64,000 bases of DNA from Janibacter sp. (lineage in GTDB: Bacteria > Actinomycetota > Actinomycetes > Actinomycetales > Dermatophilaceae). The notes beneath the pieces were generated by a model, which saw only the letters and a program-made list of their open reading frames with translations, was not told the origin of the DNA and searched no databases. Shown in pieces: positions 9,594 through 19,214 of the stretch (positions are counted from its first letter, which is position 1; every line of letters begins with the position of its first letter). The position numbers and the translations under genes are program-made. The stretch spans positions 4,355 through 68,354 of the forward strand of contig JAKDKQ010000001.1 in assembly GCA_030453295.1 (NCBI GenBank), in the 5' to 3' direction.

Positions 9594-10788
9594 GCTGTGC
9601 CTCCCGTCCGGCTGTCAGCGGCAGTCGAACGCGTAAGGTCCAGGTGTCGTCGGAGCGGTCGATGTGAAGGTCACCGCCGCAGAGCCGGACACGTTCAGCG
9701 AGACCGATCAACCCGTATCCGGATGACACGGCACCGGTCTCGGCGTGCGGGCGTCGGTCGTTGGCAATCGCAATGTCCAGGTGCTCGCCCTGGCTTCGGA
9801 TATCGACGGCCACACGCATACCCGGTGCGTGCTTCGCGGCGTTGGTGAGGGCTTCACGGACAGCGTTGTAGGCCGTGACCGAAGCGAGCGAATCCACAGG
9901 GATCGTCGCGGGATCATCGCCGGTCAGCGTAAGGGAGGTACCGGACTCTCGTGCGTGTCCGATGAGCGGGCCGATGGCCGACCAGTTCTGTGGAAGCGTG
10001 ACGGGTGTGGACGTATCGGTGCGAAGCACCTCGATCAACGTGCGCATGTCGCCCATGGCGTCGAGGCTGAGAGCCCGGACGCAGCTCAGGCGCGCGGTCA
10101 GTTCCTCGGCCGTCAACGGTGTAGAAGCAGCGACGGCAGCCGCGGATTGGATCGTGATGGCGGACAGGTGCCCCGAGATGGTGTCGTGCAGTTCGCGACT
10201 GATCTGCAACCGTTCTGCGACCAGCGCCTCACGCTGCCTGGCCGCGGCCGCTTCGGCGACGAGCGAGGCGCGTTCACGTTCCTGATCGGCGCGAGTCATC
10301 GGTGCCCGCACAGTGATGCCCCACCAGAGGGTTACCCCCACGGCGAACAGCAGGATGGTTGCCTGCAGTAGCGGTGCGGACAGGATGTTTGCCAGCAACA
10401 GGCCTGCGACGGCCACGGACAGGCACGCTGCGGCGATCATGGGCAGCAGACGCTGACTCTGCGCTGTCGACCGGGCGATGACGAGGCTGTAGATGGCGTC
10501 GCACTCGATCAGGGTCGCCCCGACCGATGTCGTTCCGGTCAGGAGCGCCTCGAAGACCATCACCGCCAGCCCCGCCACAACGACCACAGTGGGCCACCGG
10601 CCCCGAAACAGGTGCAGAGCACCAAGGGCCACCGCCGTGACGATGCCGCCGATCACGACCAGCGAGCGAGGCGCTGCGAACCACTCGATCCCTATGCCGG
10701 GCACGAAGCTGAGACCGATCGCGGCCAGGACATACCCGACAGTGACCCATACGCGCCGTGGCGACAGCATCGGCGTTGTGGCTGTCAT
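9586..10788 (-). CDS. Sensor histidine kinase (HisKA_3 type)
   Basis: N-terminal TM helices, ERLQISRELHD H-box, REALTNAAKHA N-box, GYGLIGLAER G-box. Confidence 0.93.
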   Translation of the reverse strand: MTATTPMLSPRRVWVTVGYVLAAIGLSFVPGIGIEWFAAPRSLVVIGGIVTAVALGALHLFRGRWPTVVVVAGLAVMVFEALLTGTTSVGATLIECDAIYSLVIARSTAQSQRLLPMIAAACLSVAVAGLLLANILSAPLLQATILLFAVGVTLWWGITVRAPMTRADQERERASLVAEAAAARQREALVAERLQISRELHDTISGHLSAITIQSAAAVAASTPLTAEELTARLSCVRALSLDAMGDMRTLIEVLRTDTSTPVTLPQNWSAIGPLIGHARESGTSLTLTGDDPATIPVDSLASVTAYNAVREALTNAAKHAPGMRVAVDIRSQGEHLDIAIANDRRPHAETGAVSSGYGLIGLAERVRLCGGDLHIDRSDDTWTLRVRLPLTAGREAQHA

Positions 10789-10959
10789 GTCTTCACCTCG
10801 CGGAGCGCGCTCGTGCTTGTGTGGACCTCTTCTATCTCAGCCTGTCGCCGGCTCTCGGGCAACCTCCGCATGGCGTAGCCCGAACGGGCGACAACCTGCC
10901 CTGGTAAGTGCGGCAATTCGGGCGATGACGGCCCATGACCTGCTTGACAGGGTAGAAGC

Positions 10960-11571
10960 ATGGACTCCTCAGGTAACTGGATCGTAGGTGCCATCGTCGG
11001 TGCCGAGATCACGTTCTGGGTCCTGCTCCTGCTCGGGTTGGTCGCTCGCTATGTGCTGAAACTGAAGCTGATCAGCACCGCACTCCTGATCAGCGTGCCA
11101 CTGGCCGACCTCGTGCTGATCGTTCTGGTCGGTCTCGATCTCTCCCGGGGCTCCGAACCCACGTCCGTCCACGGACTCGCTGCGGTCTACCTGGGTTTCA
11201 GCGTCGGATTCGGGCACTACATCGTTGGTCGGGCCGATGCCTGGTTCGCTCACCGATTCGCCGGCGGCCCCAGGCCGTCCCGGCCTCCCCGGACAGGACC
11301 AGCGAAGGTCAAGCACGAATGGCAGGACTGGCTGCGTGTCCTGACCGCATGGGCCATCGCCGTACCTGCACTCCTGACCATGAAGGCATTCTCCGGCTGG
11401 TCATGGCCGGCCTCGATCGAAGAACTCTGGACCGATGAACTGTGGTCCTGGGTGGCGCGACTCACCCTCATCAACGTGGCTTGGTTCGTCACCGGGCCCG
11501 TCTACGCCGCCATCTTCAAGTCTCGATACGCCCCCGAAGAATCCGAACCTCGAACAATGGAGCGAGTATGA
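10960..11571 (+). CDS. YmcC-like membrane protein
   Basis: EITFWVLLLLGLVARY...DL...HGLAAVYLGFSVGFGH...WFAHRF pattern; divergent from the two-component system. Confidence 0.7.
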   Translation: MDSSGNWIVGAIVGAEITFWVLLLLGLVARYVLKLKLISTALLISVPLADLVLIVLVGLDLSRGSEPTSVHGLAAVYLGFSVGFGHYIVGRADAWFAHRFAGGPRPSRPPRTGPAKVKHEWQDWLRVLTAWAIAVPALLTMKAFSGWSWPASIEELWTDELWSWVARLTLINVAWFVTGPVYAAIFKSRYAPEESEPRTMERV

Positions 11572-11690
11572 ACCCAGCAGAGAACAGCGTCGGGATCGGC
11601 CCATGGTCCTTCGATGTCGGCCCCTTCGCCATCGTCATCCTGGTCATCATCATCGGTCTCGTCATCTACCACATCCGCAAAGACGACTGA
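11568..11690 (+). CDS. 40-aa single-TM peptide (MNPAENSVGIGPWSFDVGPFAIVILVIIIGLVIYHIRKDD)
   Basis: ATGA overlap with the upstream gene, GGAG RBS, and an apparent paralog at 32595-32715. Confidence 0.65.
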   Translation: MNPAENSVGIGPWSFDVGPFAIVILVIIIGLVIYHIRKDD

Positions 11691-11722
11691 TCTGCCTCAC
11701 GTGAGATCGCCGGGCCAGTAAT

Positions 11723-12553
11723 GTGCGCCACAGAAAGCTCTCTCGAGACCAGCATCTACCAGAGCTCTCGGGGGAAGTTTCGCAATCCGGGAGGACCATG
11801 TCAGAGCACTTCATTCTGTCCAGCACGACCAGGTCGCGAGGTCGGGCAGCACGATCCGAGGCGCGCGCCGACGCGCTCGTGCAGTACGACATCCACCAGC
11901 TGGCCGCGGCCACCCACCTCTCGGTGCGCACTATACGAGCGCACCAGACCCGCGGGCTACTTGCGCCGCCACGTCGTCAGGGCCGGCGCGTCGTCTACGG
12001 CCGACGCCACCTCGAACGACTCGAACGGATCAAGGCTCTCCAGCAGGAGGGCTACAATCTTGCCGCCATCGCCGCCCAGTTCCTGCCGTCCCGGGTGACG
12101 GTGCAGAACAAGACGGCCCTGCGCCTGTTGCGGAGCACCGCCGCGAAGCACCCCATGGTGGTGGCCAACCTGCTCAAGCAAGGCGTCGTGACGATCACGC
12201 CGAGCGGGAACATCGAGATCGCCGAAGAGTCACCGGTGCTGGCGGCCTTCGAGCTGGTGCACCTTGGCTTCGAGGTCTCCGACTGCGTCTACGTCCTCGC
12301 CGAGGTCATCGACGCCATCGCCACCGCGATGCCCGGCGTCCTGAGGAGCATCGACGAGATGACGTCACGGGGTCCGGGCCTGCTCGCGCTGGCCCTCGGG
12401 GGCGAGGATGCCGACCCGCGGAGGATCGAGGTGTCGGCGCGAATGCTAACCGAGGCCTTCCGCGTCTCGCTCCTCGCCTGCGCCGCGCCGTCGGACGTGG
12501 GCGCCGGGCAGACCTACAACGACAGCGAGCCGCTCAGCTACCTGCCACGCTGA
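11723..12553 (+). CDS. MerR-family transcriptional regulator (start may be 11798)
   Basis: YDIHQLAAATHLSVRTIRAHQTRGLLAPPRRQGRRVVYGRRHLERLERIKALQQEGYNL. Confidence 0.85.
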   Translation: MRHRKLSRDQHLPELSGEVSQSGRTMSEHFILSSTTRSRGRAARSEARADALVQYDIHQLAAATHLSVRTIRAHQTRGLLAPPRRQGRRVVYGRRHLERLERIKALQQEGYNLAAIAAQFLPSRVTVQNKTALRLLRSTAAKHPMVVANLLKQGVVTITPSGNIEIAEESPVLAAFELVHLGFEVSDCVYVLAEVIDAIATAMPGVLRSIDEMTSRGPGLLALALGGEDADPRRIEVSARMLTEAFRVSLLACAAPSDVGAGQTYNDSEPLSYLPR

Positions 12554-12559
12554 GGTGCC

Positions 12560-14524
12560 TCACCGACGACCGGCCCCGACGCGGTCGTCGGCCAGGTCCG
12601 GGTCGCATCCGGGGTCGCCGGCCAGCCCCTGACGGGTCGCGAACTCCCGGTAGAGGTCGCTGCTCGCCAAGAGCTCGTCGTGGCTCCCGATGGCGACCAC
12701 CCGGCCCTGGTCGAGCACCAAGATGACGTCGCTGCCGATGACCGTGGACAACCGGTGCGCCACCACGACGACCGTCATCGCGCGGAACGGCTTGGAGCTC
12801 AACAGGTTCTGCAACCGCCACTCGGTCTGGGCGTCGAGCGCGGAGGTTGGCTCATCCAAGAGTAGGATATCGCAGTTGCGGGCCAGTGCCCGTGCCCAGG
12901 CCAGTCGCTGGCGCTGCCCGCCGGAGAGCTCCGAGCCGGCCTCACCAACCTCGCGGTCCAGCCCCTCCGCGGTCGCGAACTGACCGAGGCCGACGTCGTC
13001 GAGCACCCGGCGGAGCGTCGCGTCGTCGGCGTCCGGAGCCGCCAGCAGCAGGTTCGTCCGGATGGACCCGGCGAGCATCGGCGCGTTCTGTTCGACGACC
13101 GCGAGCCGCTCCCGCACCTGCTCGATCGGTCCGTCGAGGATGTTGCGGCCCCCGATCAGGACTTCGCCGCGGTCGGCCCGGTACAGCCCGCCGATGAGCG
13201 ACAGCAGGGTCGACTTGCCGCTGCCAGACGGGCCGACGACCGCGACCCGGTCGCCGGCGGGGGCCACGAGGTCGACGCCGCGAAGGACGGCGTCACCACC
13301 GGGGTAGGCGAAGTCGACGCCGCGCATCTCGATCGCGGGGTACGTCGACAGGTCGATCTCCGGGAGGTCCGGCCTCGGGTCGGTTCCCTCCTCGATCCCG
13401 AGGTCCGCCAGCTCGACCGGCTCGGCGGCGACCTCCTCGGTCCGGTCGACGGCTGCCAGCCCGACCTGGACGGCGGTCAGCGCCCGCGCAGCGTCGCTCA
13501 TCGGTACGACGACGCCTAGGGCGTAGAGGACGAACGCGACGAGCTCACCGACGGAGATGTCGCCGTTGGACACCCGGATGCCCCCCATCACGAGGACCGC
13601 CGTGACCGCAGCCTGCATCGCGGTGTTGACGGCAGGCTCCACGACCGCCTGGACCGCGGCCAGCCGCTGACCTTGTCGATGGGCGCGCTTGGCCCGATAC
13701 GCCACCTGGTCAGACACCCGGCGCGAGGCACCGAAAATGCGAATCGTCCGCAGGCCCTTCAGGCTCGTCTCGAACTCGGTGACCATGTCGCCGACCTCGT
13801 GCTGCACCTTCCGCGAGACGCGACGCACGGACGCGAGCAGGAACAGGAGCAGCACGCCGACACCGGCCACCGTGCCGGTCAGGACGGCCATGAGCAACGG
13901 ATCGAGGAACCAGAGTACGACCATCGACCCTACGAGCAGCGCCGCGCTGCTGATGATGCTGAAGATGCCGGAGGTGAAGACCGACTGCATCATCGTGGTG
14001 TCGCTGCCGAGGCGGGTCATCAGGTCACCGCTGCGGTAGTCTTGGAGCCGGGAAACCGGCATCCGCAGGACACGGTCGATGATGACGCGCCGCGTGTCGA
14101 GGATGACGTCCTCCGCAAGCCGCTTCAGGGTCCAGAAGTACACCCCGGCGAGGACCAGGTCACCAGCGACGACGAGACACAGCAGCAGGAGGGTCTGCCC
14201 GTACGGCTCCTGTCTCCCGAGTTGGTCGAGGAGGTCTGCCACCAGCAACGGCTGGATGATAGCGAAGACTGGCAGGCACAGCGACATCGCGGTCGCGCTC
14301 GCGATGACCAGACGGCGGCGACCGCCGTCCCCGACGGCTCGACGCAGCAGTCGGCGTACCGGCGCGACGGAGGGCAGGGCGGCGTCGGGCTGTGGGCCGT
14401 CGGAGGCACCGGGCTCGGCCGGGCCGCGGTCGGTGGCCGGGGGGTCGTCGGCGGCGTCGACCTGCGCCGCACCCGGTCCGGGCTCGATGCCGTCCGCCGC
14501 GGCCCCCGCCTCACGAAAACTCAT
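12560..14524 (-). CDS. ABC exporter, fused TMD-NBD
   Basis: Six-TM domain, Walker A GPSGSGKST, signature LSGGQRQR, Walker B LLLDEPTS, AHRL. Confidence 0.93.
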   Translation of the reverse strand: MSFREAGAAADGIEPGPGAAQVDAADDPPATDRGPAEPGASDGPQPDAALPSVAPVRRLLRRAVGDGGRRRLVIASATAMSLCLPVFAIIQPLLVADLLDQLGRQEPYGQTLLLLCLVVAGDLVLAGVYFWTLKRLAEDVILDTRRVIIDRVLRMPVSRLQDYRSGDLMTRLGSDTTMMQSVFTSGIFSIISSAALLVGSMVVLWFLDPLLMAVLTGTVAGVGVLLLFLLASVRRVSRKVQHEVGDMVTEFETSLKGLRTIRIFGASRRVSDQVAYRAKRAHRQGQRLAAVQAVVEPAVNTAMQAAVTAVLVMGGIRVSNGDISVGELVAFVLYALGVVVPMSDAARALTAVQVGLAAVDRTEEVAAEPVELADLGIEEGTDPRPDLPEIDLSTYPAIEMRGVDFAYPGGDAVLRGVDLVAPAGDRVAVVGPSGSGKSTLLSLIGGLYRADRGEVLIGGRNILDGPIEQVRERLAVVEQNAPMLAGSIRTNLLLAAPDADDATLRRVLDDVGLGQFATAEGLDREVGEAGSELSGGQRQRLAWARALARNCDILLLDEPTSALDAQTEWRLQNLLSSKPFRAMTVVVVAHRLSTVIGSDVILVLDQGRVVAIGSHDELLASSDLYREFATRQGLAGDPGCDPDLADDRVGAGRR

Positions 14525-15491
14525 CGGGGGGCTCCGCCCTGCGCAGCGACCTCGACACGATCCGACCGTCGTCGTCGGGCGTGACCGCGACGGTCGGAAG
14601 GTGGCGGCGCAGGACCTTGTTGAACAGGCTGGCGGGCCCCGCGACGACGGCGCGCTCGATCCCCGTGCTCACCAGCACGGACACCGTCCGCGGCCAGTCG
14701 ACGGTGCGGACGTACTGCGCCGAAACGTGGCCGACCAGAACCTCGGGCTCTACGGTCGACGTGCCGTCGTGGTCGTTGAGGACCGGGAACCGCGACGGGC
14801 CCAGGTCCCACCGGGATACCATGTCGTGCGCGAGGTCGGCGAGCTCGGCGGAGCGAACGCTGTGCACCGCGGGTCGCATCTCGTGCAGCCAGATGCCCCC
14901 GCGCGCCTCGACGCCCGCGCGCATCTGCTCGACGTTGTCGACGGTGTAGCCGACCAGGTCGTGGTCGAGGTCTAGGGCGGGCTCGGCGTGGTGCCCGTTC
15001 GCCTTCATCGACCCGACGAGCTCGGCGACGGCGCCGCCGTCCAGGCGGCAGAAGAACACCGTCGCCAGGTCTGCGAGCGAGGACTCGCTCAGCTCCTGCT
15101 CCCGCGACGCGAGCGTCTGGACCGCGCGGGCCACGTCGGCGAGGTCGGCCACGCCGGACAGCACGCACGCCGCCCACGCACCGAAGCTACTCGGCACCAG
15201 CACCACGTCGTCCGGGTCGGTCCCCTGCTCGAGGACGACGCGGCCCAAGGCGATGGTGTTGAGCAGGAAGGCCAGCTGGGCCGAGGCGTCGTACGAGCCC
15301 ACGGGCCGGTCGCGGAACGCCGCCCGGATGTCGTATCCGACGGCCCGGTCGGCGACCCGGGCCGCCTCCGCCACCTCCGCGGACGTCGTCATGTAGGCGC
15401 CTACCGCGTGCCAGGTCGACGGCGCCATGCCGGGGAGGACGACGGCCGTCGTCGGGGTGCACGCGGGGCGCGGCCCCACGAGAACCGTCAT
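14511..15491 (-). CDS. ACP S-acyltransferase (FabD/MCAT-like), divergent copy
   Basis: Start MTVLVGPRP via ATGA overlap. VVLPGM, PSSFG nucleophile elbow variant, PAVHS, RTVDWP. Confidence 0.75.
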   Translation of the reverse strand: MTVLVGPRPACTPTTAVVLPGMAPSTWHAVGAYMTTSAEVAEAARVADRAVGYDIRAAFRDRPVGSYDASAQLAFLLNTIALGRVVLEQGTDPDDVVLVPSSFGAWAACVLSGVADLADVARAVQTLASREQELSESSLADLATVFFCRLDGGAVAELVGSMKANGHHAEPALDLDHDLVGYTVDNVEQMRAGVEARGGIWLHEMRPAVHSVRSAELADLAHDMVSRWDLGPSRFPVLNDHDGTSTVEPEVLVGHVSAQYVRTVDWPRTVSVLVSTGIERAVVAGPASLFNKVLRRHLPTVAVTPDDDGRIVSRSLRRAEPPDEFS

Positions 15492-16417
15492 CCTGCGACC
15501 GATCCCGCGCGGACCCCCGCCTCGGGGCCTGAACTGGATGAGAGGTCGGTGAAGGTCAGCGACTTCTGCACGAAGTGGCCTGGGCCCACCACCTCGAACG
15601 AGGTCACGCCGACCCCGGCCATCCACCGCAAGCCACCGATCCAGTCCACGCGATTTGTGTACTGGGCTACGAGCGCCTCCCACACCTGCTCGCCGGTCGT
15701 CAGCGGGCGGGCCGTGACGTTGCAGACCAGGGGGACGACCGGATCGGGCTGCGGGTCTTGGTGCACGAACTCGCCGCCGAACGCGACCTCGACCTCGCCC
15801 ATAAGTGCACAGTGCGCCGGGGGCGAGTACGGGACTCGGACCGCGAGACCACCGGCGGCGAAGGCGAGCTCGACAAGCACGCCGAAGCCAGCCGGGTCGC
15901 AGGTAAAGAGGACCTGGTTGTCGGCCGTGAGGGCGCACGGTAGGAGGACAGCCCCACCCGGAGCCGCGCGGGGCGCCGTAACGGCGAAGTCGGGCGGGAC
16001 GCCGTAGGCGAACGCGGTGCCGAGATCGGGGCCAGGGAAGAACCGGTCCTCAATTTGCGGCATCAGGAACGCCATGCGCACGGTGTCCCGGAAGCTCATC
16101 GCCCCCGCGAAGCAGGCGGCGGTGAGTTGGCCGAGGCTGACTCCGGCGGTGAACGCGGCGTCCTCGGGTCGGCGGGCCTCGTGCTCGGCGAGACCGAGCG
16201 CCATCGCGACAGACGCCGGACGGATCGACGCACCCGCGTTGACACGGTCGGGATCGTCGCTGCGCAGGTCGGCGAGCAGCGGGCGCCCGACGATCTCCGC
16301 GGCCTCCTCGACGCGGCGGTGAGCCGCCGGCGTCGTCGCCAGCAGCTCGTCGTAGTCGCCGGGTCGGACGTGCACCTGCGGGTTGAACAGGATCGCACGG
16401 CCTCCGGTGCCGCTCAC
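15488..16417 (-). CDS. ACP S-acyltransferase (FabD/MCAT-like)
   Basis: AGVSLGQ (GxSxG), PPAHC, QYTNRVDW, EVVGPG. Confidence 0.82.
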   Translation of the reverse strand: MSGTGGRAILFNPQVHVRPGDYDELLATTPAAHRRVEEAAEIVGRPLLADLRSDDPDRVNAGASIRPASVAMALGLAEHEARRPEDAAFTAGVSLGQLTAACFAGAMSFRDTVRMAFLMPQIEDRFFPGPDLGTAFAYGVPPDFAVTAPRAAPGGAVLLPCALTADNQVLFTCDPAGFGVLVELAFAAGGLAVRVPYSPPAHCALMGEVEVAFGGEFVHQDPQPDPVVPLVCNVTARPLTTGEQVWEALVAQYTNRVDWIGGLRWMAGVGVTSFEVVGPGHFVQKSLTFTDLSSSSGPEAGVRAGSVAG

Positions 16418-17181
16418 GACGTCAACCCCCCATCGACCACGAGGGTCTGTCCGGTGACGAAGGCCGAGCGTTCGGAGACGAGGAACAGCACGGCCTCGGC
16501 GATCTCCTCCGCCGTCGCGGTCCGGCCCAGCGGTGTCCGCGCCACCAGCGCGTCCAGCGTGGCCCTGGGCACCTCGTCGACCATCGCCGTCCCCTCGGTA
16601 TAGCCGGGCGCCACAGCGTTGACCCGAACGCCGCGAGGTCCGAACTCGACCGCGAGCGCCCGGGTCATCCCCTCGATGCCGGCCTTGCTCGCGCCGTATG
16701 ACGCGAGGCCGAGGACGCCGACTCGGCCGGCGATCGACGTCACCGACACGATGGCGCCGGGACCGCCGAGGAGCAGGTGGGTCGAGCTGGCGCGCACGAC
16801 GTTCAAGGTGCCCAGGAGGTTGACGTCGACAGACTCGCGCAGGAGCGCCGGGTCCGTGAGGTGCAGCATCGGAGCGGCCCGGCCGGCGGCCGCATTGTTG
16901 ACGACGATGTCGACGGTTCCTCGCCGGCGGGCCACGTCATTGATCCAGGCGTCGACAGCGGCGACGTCGGTCACGTCGACCCGGGCCAGGTCGTGTGACA
17001 GCCCCTCGGCGTCGAGCTTGTCGGCGAGGGCGGCCGCGTCGGCGTCCGAGGTCCGGTAGGTGAAACTGACGTGCGCCCCAGCCCGGGCGAGGCGGGTGAC
17101 TATAGCCGCGCCGATCCCGCGGGCTCCTCCGGTGACCAGCGCGGTGCGTCCCTCGAGCTCGCCGCCCGTGTCAGCGTTCAT
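16414..17181 (-). CDS. fabG: 3-oxoacyl-ACP reductase (SDR)
   Basis: TGGARGIG, VNNAA, S...YGASK, VRVNAVAPG, TGQTLVVDGG. Confidence 0.9.
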   Translation of the reverse strand: MNADTGGELEGRTALVTGGARGIGAAIVTRLARAGAHVSFTYRTSDADAAALADKLDAEGLSHDLARVDVTDVAAVDAWINDVARRRGTVDIVVNNAAAGRAAPMLHLTDPALLRESVDVNLLGTLNVVRASSTHLLLGGPGAIVSVTSIAGRVGVLGLASYGASKAGIEGMTRALAVEFGPRGVRVNAVAPGYTEGTAMVDEVPRATLDALVARTPLGRTATAEEIAEAVLFLVSERSAFVTGQTLVVDGGLTS

Positions 17182-17825
17182 TGGTCCACGCTCTCGGCCT
17201 GGCGGGCGCGGGCCATCACCAGCAGCTCGCGTGCCTCCTGCTTGTCGGCGGGGCTGATCCTGTCGCGGACGGCACCGTGAGTGTCGAGCCGGTAGAACTC
17301 ATCGCGTAGGACCGAGGTGAGGATGCCGTCGTGGTACTCGCCGTCGAGGAAGAAGTAGTCCCGCAGGATCCCCTCCATGGGCAATCCGAGACTCAGCACC
17401 ATCCGCAGCGTCCGGAGGTTGAAGGAGCCCACGAGGAACTGGACCCGGTGGGCGTTGCAGGCGTGGAAGAGGTGCTCGAGGGCCAACCCCGTCCCCTCGG
17501 CCCCCAGACCGAGGTCCCACTGCTCTGGCTGCTCGACGAGCCCGCCGATCTCGTAGCTTCCGGCGTACTTTCGCGACACCCACCGGACGAAGCCGATCAT
17601 CTCGCCCTTCTTGGTGACGACGCAAGCGATGGCCGAGCGGCCGTCGCGGCACTCCTGACGCAGATCCTCGGCCTCGGGCGCCACCTCCCCGCCGGCGGCT
17701 AGGACCGCGGCAGGACCTCCAGCGAGCATCCGCGCGACCACCTCAAAGTCGTCGCGCGACGGCCAGACTAGGTCGACCAAGTCGCCCTCCATGAATGGCT
17801 CGCGACGCCCGCGCACCTCAGACAT
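17178..17825 (-). CDS. GNAT (RimJ/RimL-type) acyltransferase, candidate peptide N-acylating enzyme
   Basis: MIGFV...EQWDLGLGAEG...HRVQFLVGSFN...EGILRDYFFLDGEYHD; lies between the ACP and KR genes. Confidence 0.82.
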   Translation of the reverse strand: MSEVRGRREPFMEGDLVDLVWPSRDDFEVVARMLAGGPAAVLAAGGEVAPEAEDLRQECRDGRSAIACVVTKKGEMIGFVRWVSRKYAGSYEIGGLVEQPEQWDLGLGAEGTGLALEHLFHACNAHRVQFLVGSFNLRTLRMVLSLGLPMEGILRDYFFLDGEYHDGILTSVLRDEFYRLDTHGAVRDRISPADKQEARELLVMARARQAESVDQ

Positions 17826-18084
17826 CGGCGTTCGTCTGCGCCCGAGAACCAAGGAAGTTTACGATCGAAGACGTGGTCAGGAAACTCTCGGTCTTGAGGT
17901 CCCCGACGTCGAAACTGTACCGCTCCCGCAGCGCCGCGATAAGCTTCAGAACGTCCATCGAGTCACGACCGAAGGCTGATCGCGGCCCGAAGAGGGGGTC
18001 GGTCCCACCGATCGTCGCTGGGTCGACGTCGAGCTGGTATAGGTCGACGAACATCTCGGCTGCTTCGTGCTCGGTCATCGACAT
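17818..18084 (-). CDS. Acyl carrier protein (88 aa)
   Basis: RBS GAAAGG; LFG...FGRDSMDVLKL with the phosphopantetheine Ser in DSM; acidic. Confidence 0.88.
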   Translation of the reverse strand: MSMTEHEAAEMFVDLYQLDVDPATIGGTDPLFGPRSAFGRDSMDVLKLIAALRERYSFDVGDLKTESFLTTSSIVNFLGSRAQTNADV

Positions 18085-19214
18085 GGTCTGCCTTTCGTCG
18101 TGGTGGTGGTGTTGTACGTGTGCGGGCCGGACCCTCGGGGCGCGACGTGGCGCAGCACGAGGGTGCCCCAGATGAAGCCCGCGCCGATGGCGCTGATCGA
18201 CACCCGGTCGCCGGCGCTTAGCGCGCCGTCCGCGACCGACTCGTGGAGAGCCAGGAAGATCGACGCGGCGCCGGTGTTGCCGAGACGGTCCACGTTGACC
18301 GCCGCCAGCTCGCGAGGCCGCCCGAGGGCGTCCATCGCCGCGTACACGATGTTGATGTTGGCTTGGTGAAAGACGAACCGGTCGACGTCCTCGACCGCCA
18401 TCGCGCCGGCGCCGCACGCCTCACGCACGCTCGAGGGCAGGCGCCGGGTGGCCATGTGCCAGACGGTGCGTCCTTCCATGTGCAGGTATTGCTCGCGCTG
18501 CTCGACCGCGCGGGCATCCACAGGTCGCGACGCCCCACCGGCGCGGATGCCGACGTCGTGGCTCAGCTCGGAGCCCACGTGCCATGACTCCAGACCGGCA
18601 CCGTCGGGGACCGTGCCGAGCACCACCGCCCCGGCGGCATCACCGAAGAAGACCCGGGTCGACCGGTCCTGCGGGTCGGTGATCCGCGAGAGCACCTCGG
18701 AGCCGATCACGAGGACCGGCCGCTCGGGGTCGGCGGCGACGAGGTGAGCCGCCGTCCAGATCCCGAGCACCCCGCCCGCGCACGCGGCCTGGTTGAGGTC
18801 GAGGGGGCAGGCCCCGGTCGCGCCGAGCCGGGAGGCCACCGTCACGGCGTTGGACGGCAGCGGCTGGTCGCCGGTAAACGTCGCTACGACGACCGCGCCC
18901 AGGTCGGCGGCATCGACCCCGGCGGCCACGAGGGCGTCGGCTGCGGCCGCGACCATCATGTCGGTGGCGGTGAGGGTCAGCTCAAGCCAGCGTCGCTCCC
19001 GGATGCCGGTGCGGCGGCGGATCCAGGCATCGGTTGTGTCGAGGGTGCCCACCAGCTCGTCGTTCGTCACCCGGCGGGTCGGCACGAACATGCCGGTGCC
19101 GATGATCCCGACGGGTCTGAGAAACGTCTCGAAGGTGCCGCTCCGGCTCTGGGCGACCACCGTGGGCGGGAGGTCCGTGGCGGAGAACCGCGTCGTGTTG
19201 GTGCTTGCGCTCAT
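18075..19214 (-). CDS. fabH: 3-oxoacyl-ACP synthase III (KAS III)
   Basis: WIRRRTGIRERR; catalytic triad AACAGG / FHQAN / GNTGAAS; FGDAAGA; GAGFIWG. Confidence 0.92.
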   Translation of the reverse strand: MSASTNTTRFSATDLPPTVVAQSRSGTFETFLRPVGIIGTGMFVPTRRVTNDELVGTLDTTDAWIRRRTGIRERRWLELTLTATDMMVAAAADALVAAGVDAADLGAVVVATFTGDQPLPSNAVTVASRLGATGACPLDLNQAACAGGVLGIWTAAHLVAADPERPVLVIGSEVLSRITDPQDRSTRVFFGDAAGAVVLGTVPDGAGLESWHVGSELSHDVGIRAGGASRPVDARAVEQREQYLHMEGRTVWHMATRRLPSSVREACGAGAMAVEDVDRFVFHQANINIVYAAMDALGRPRELAAVNVDRLGNTGAASIFLALHESVADGALSAGDRVSISAIGAGFIWGTLVLRHVAPRGSGPHTYNTTTTTKGRPCR

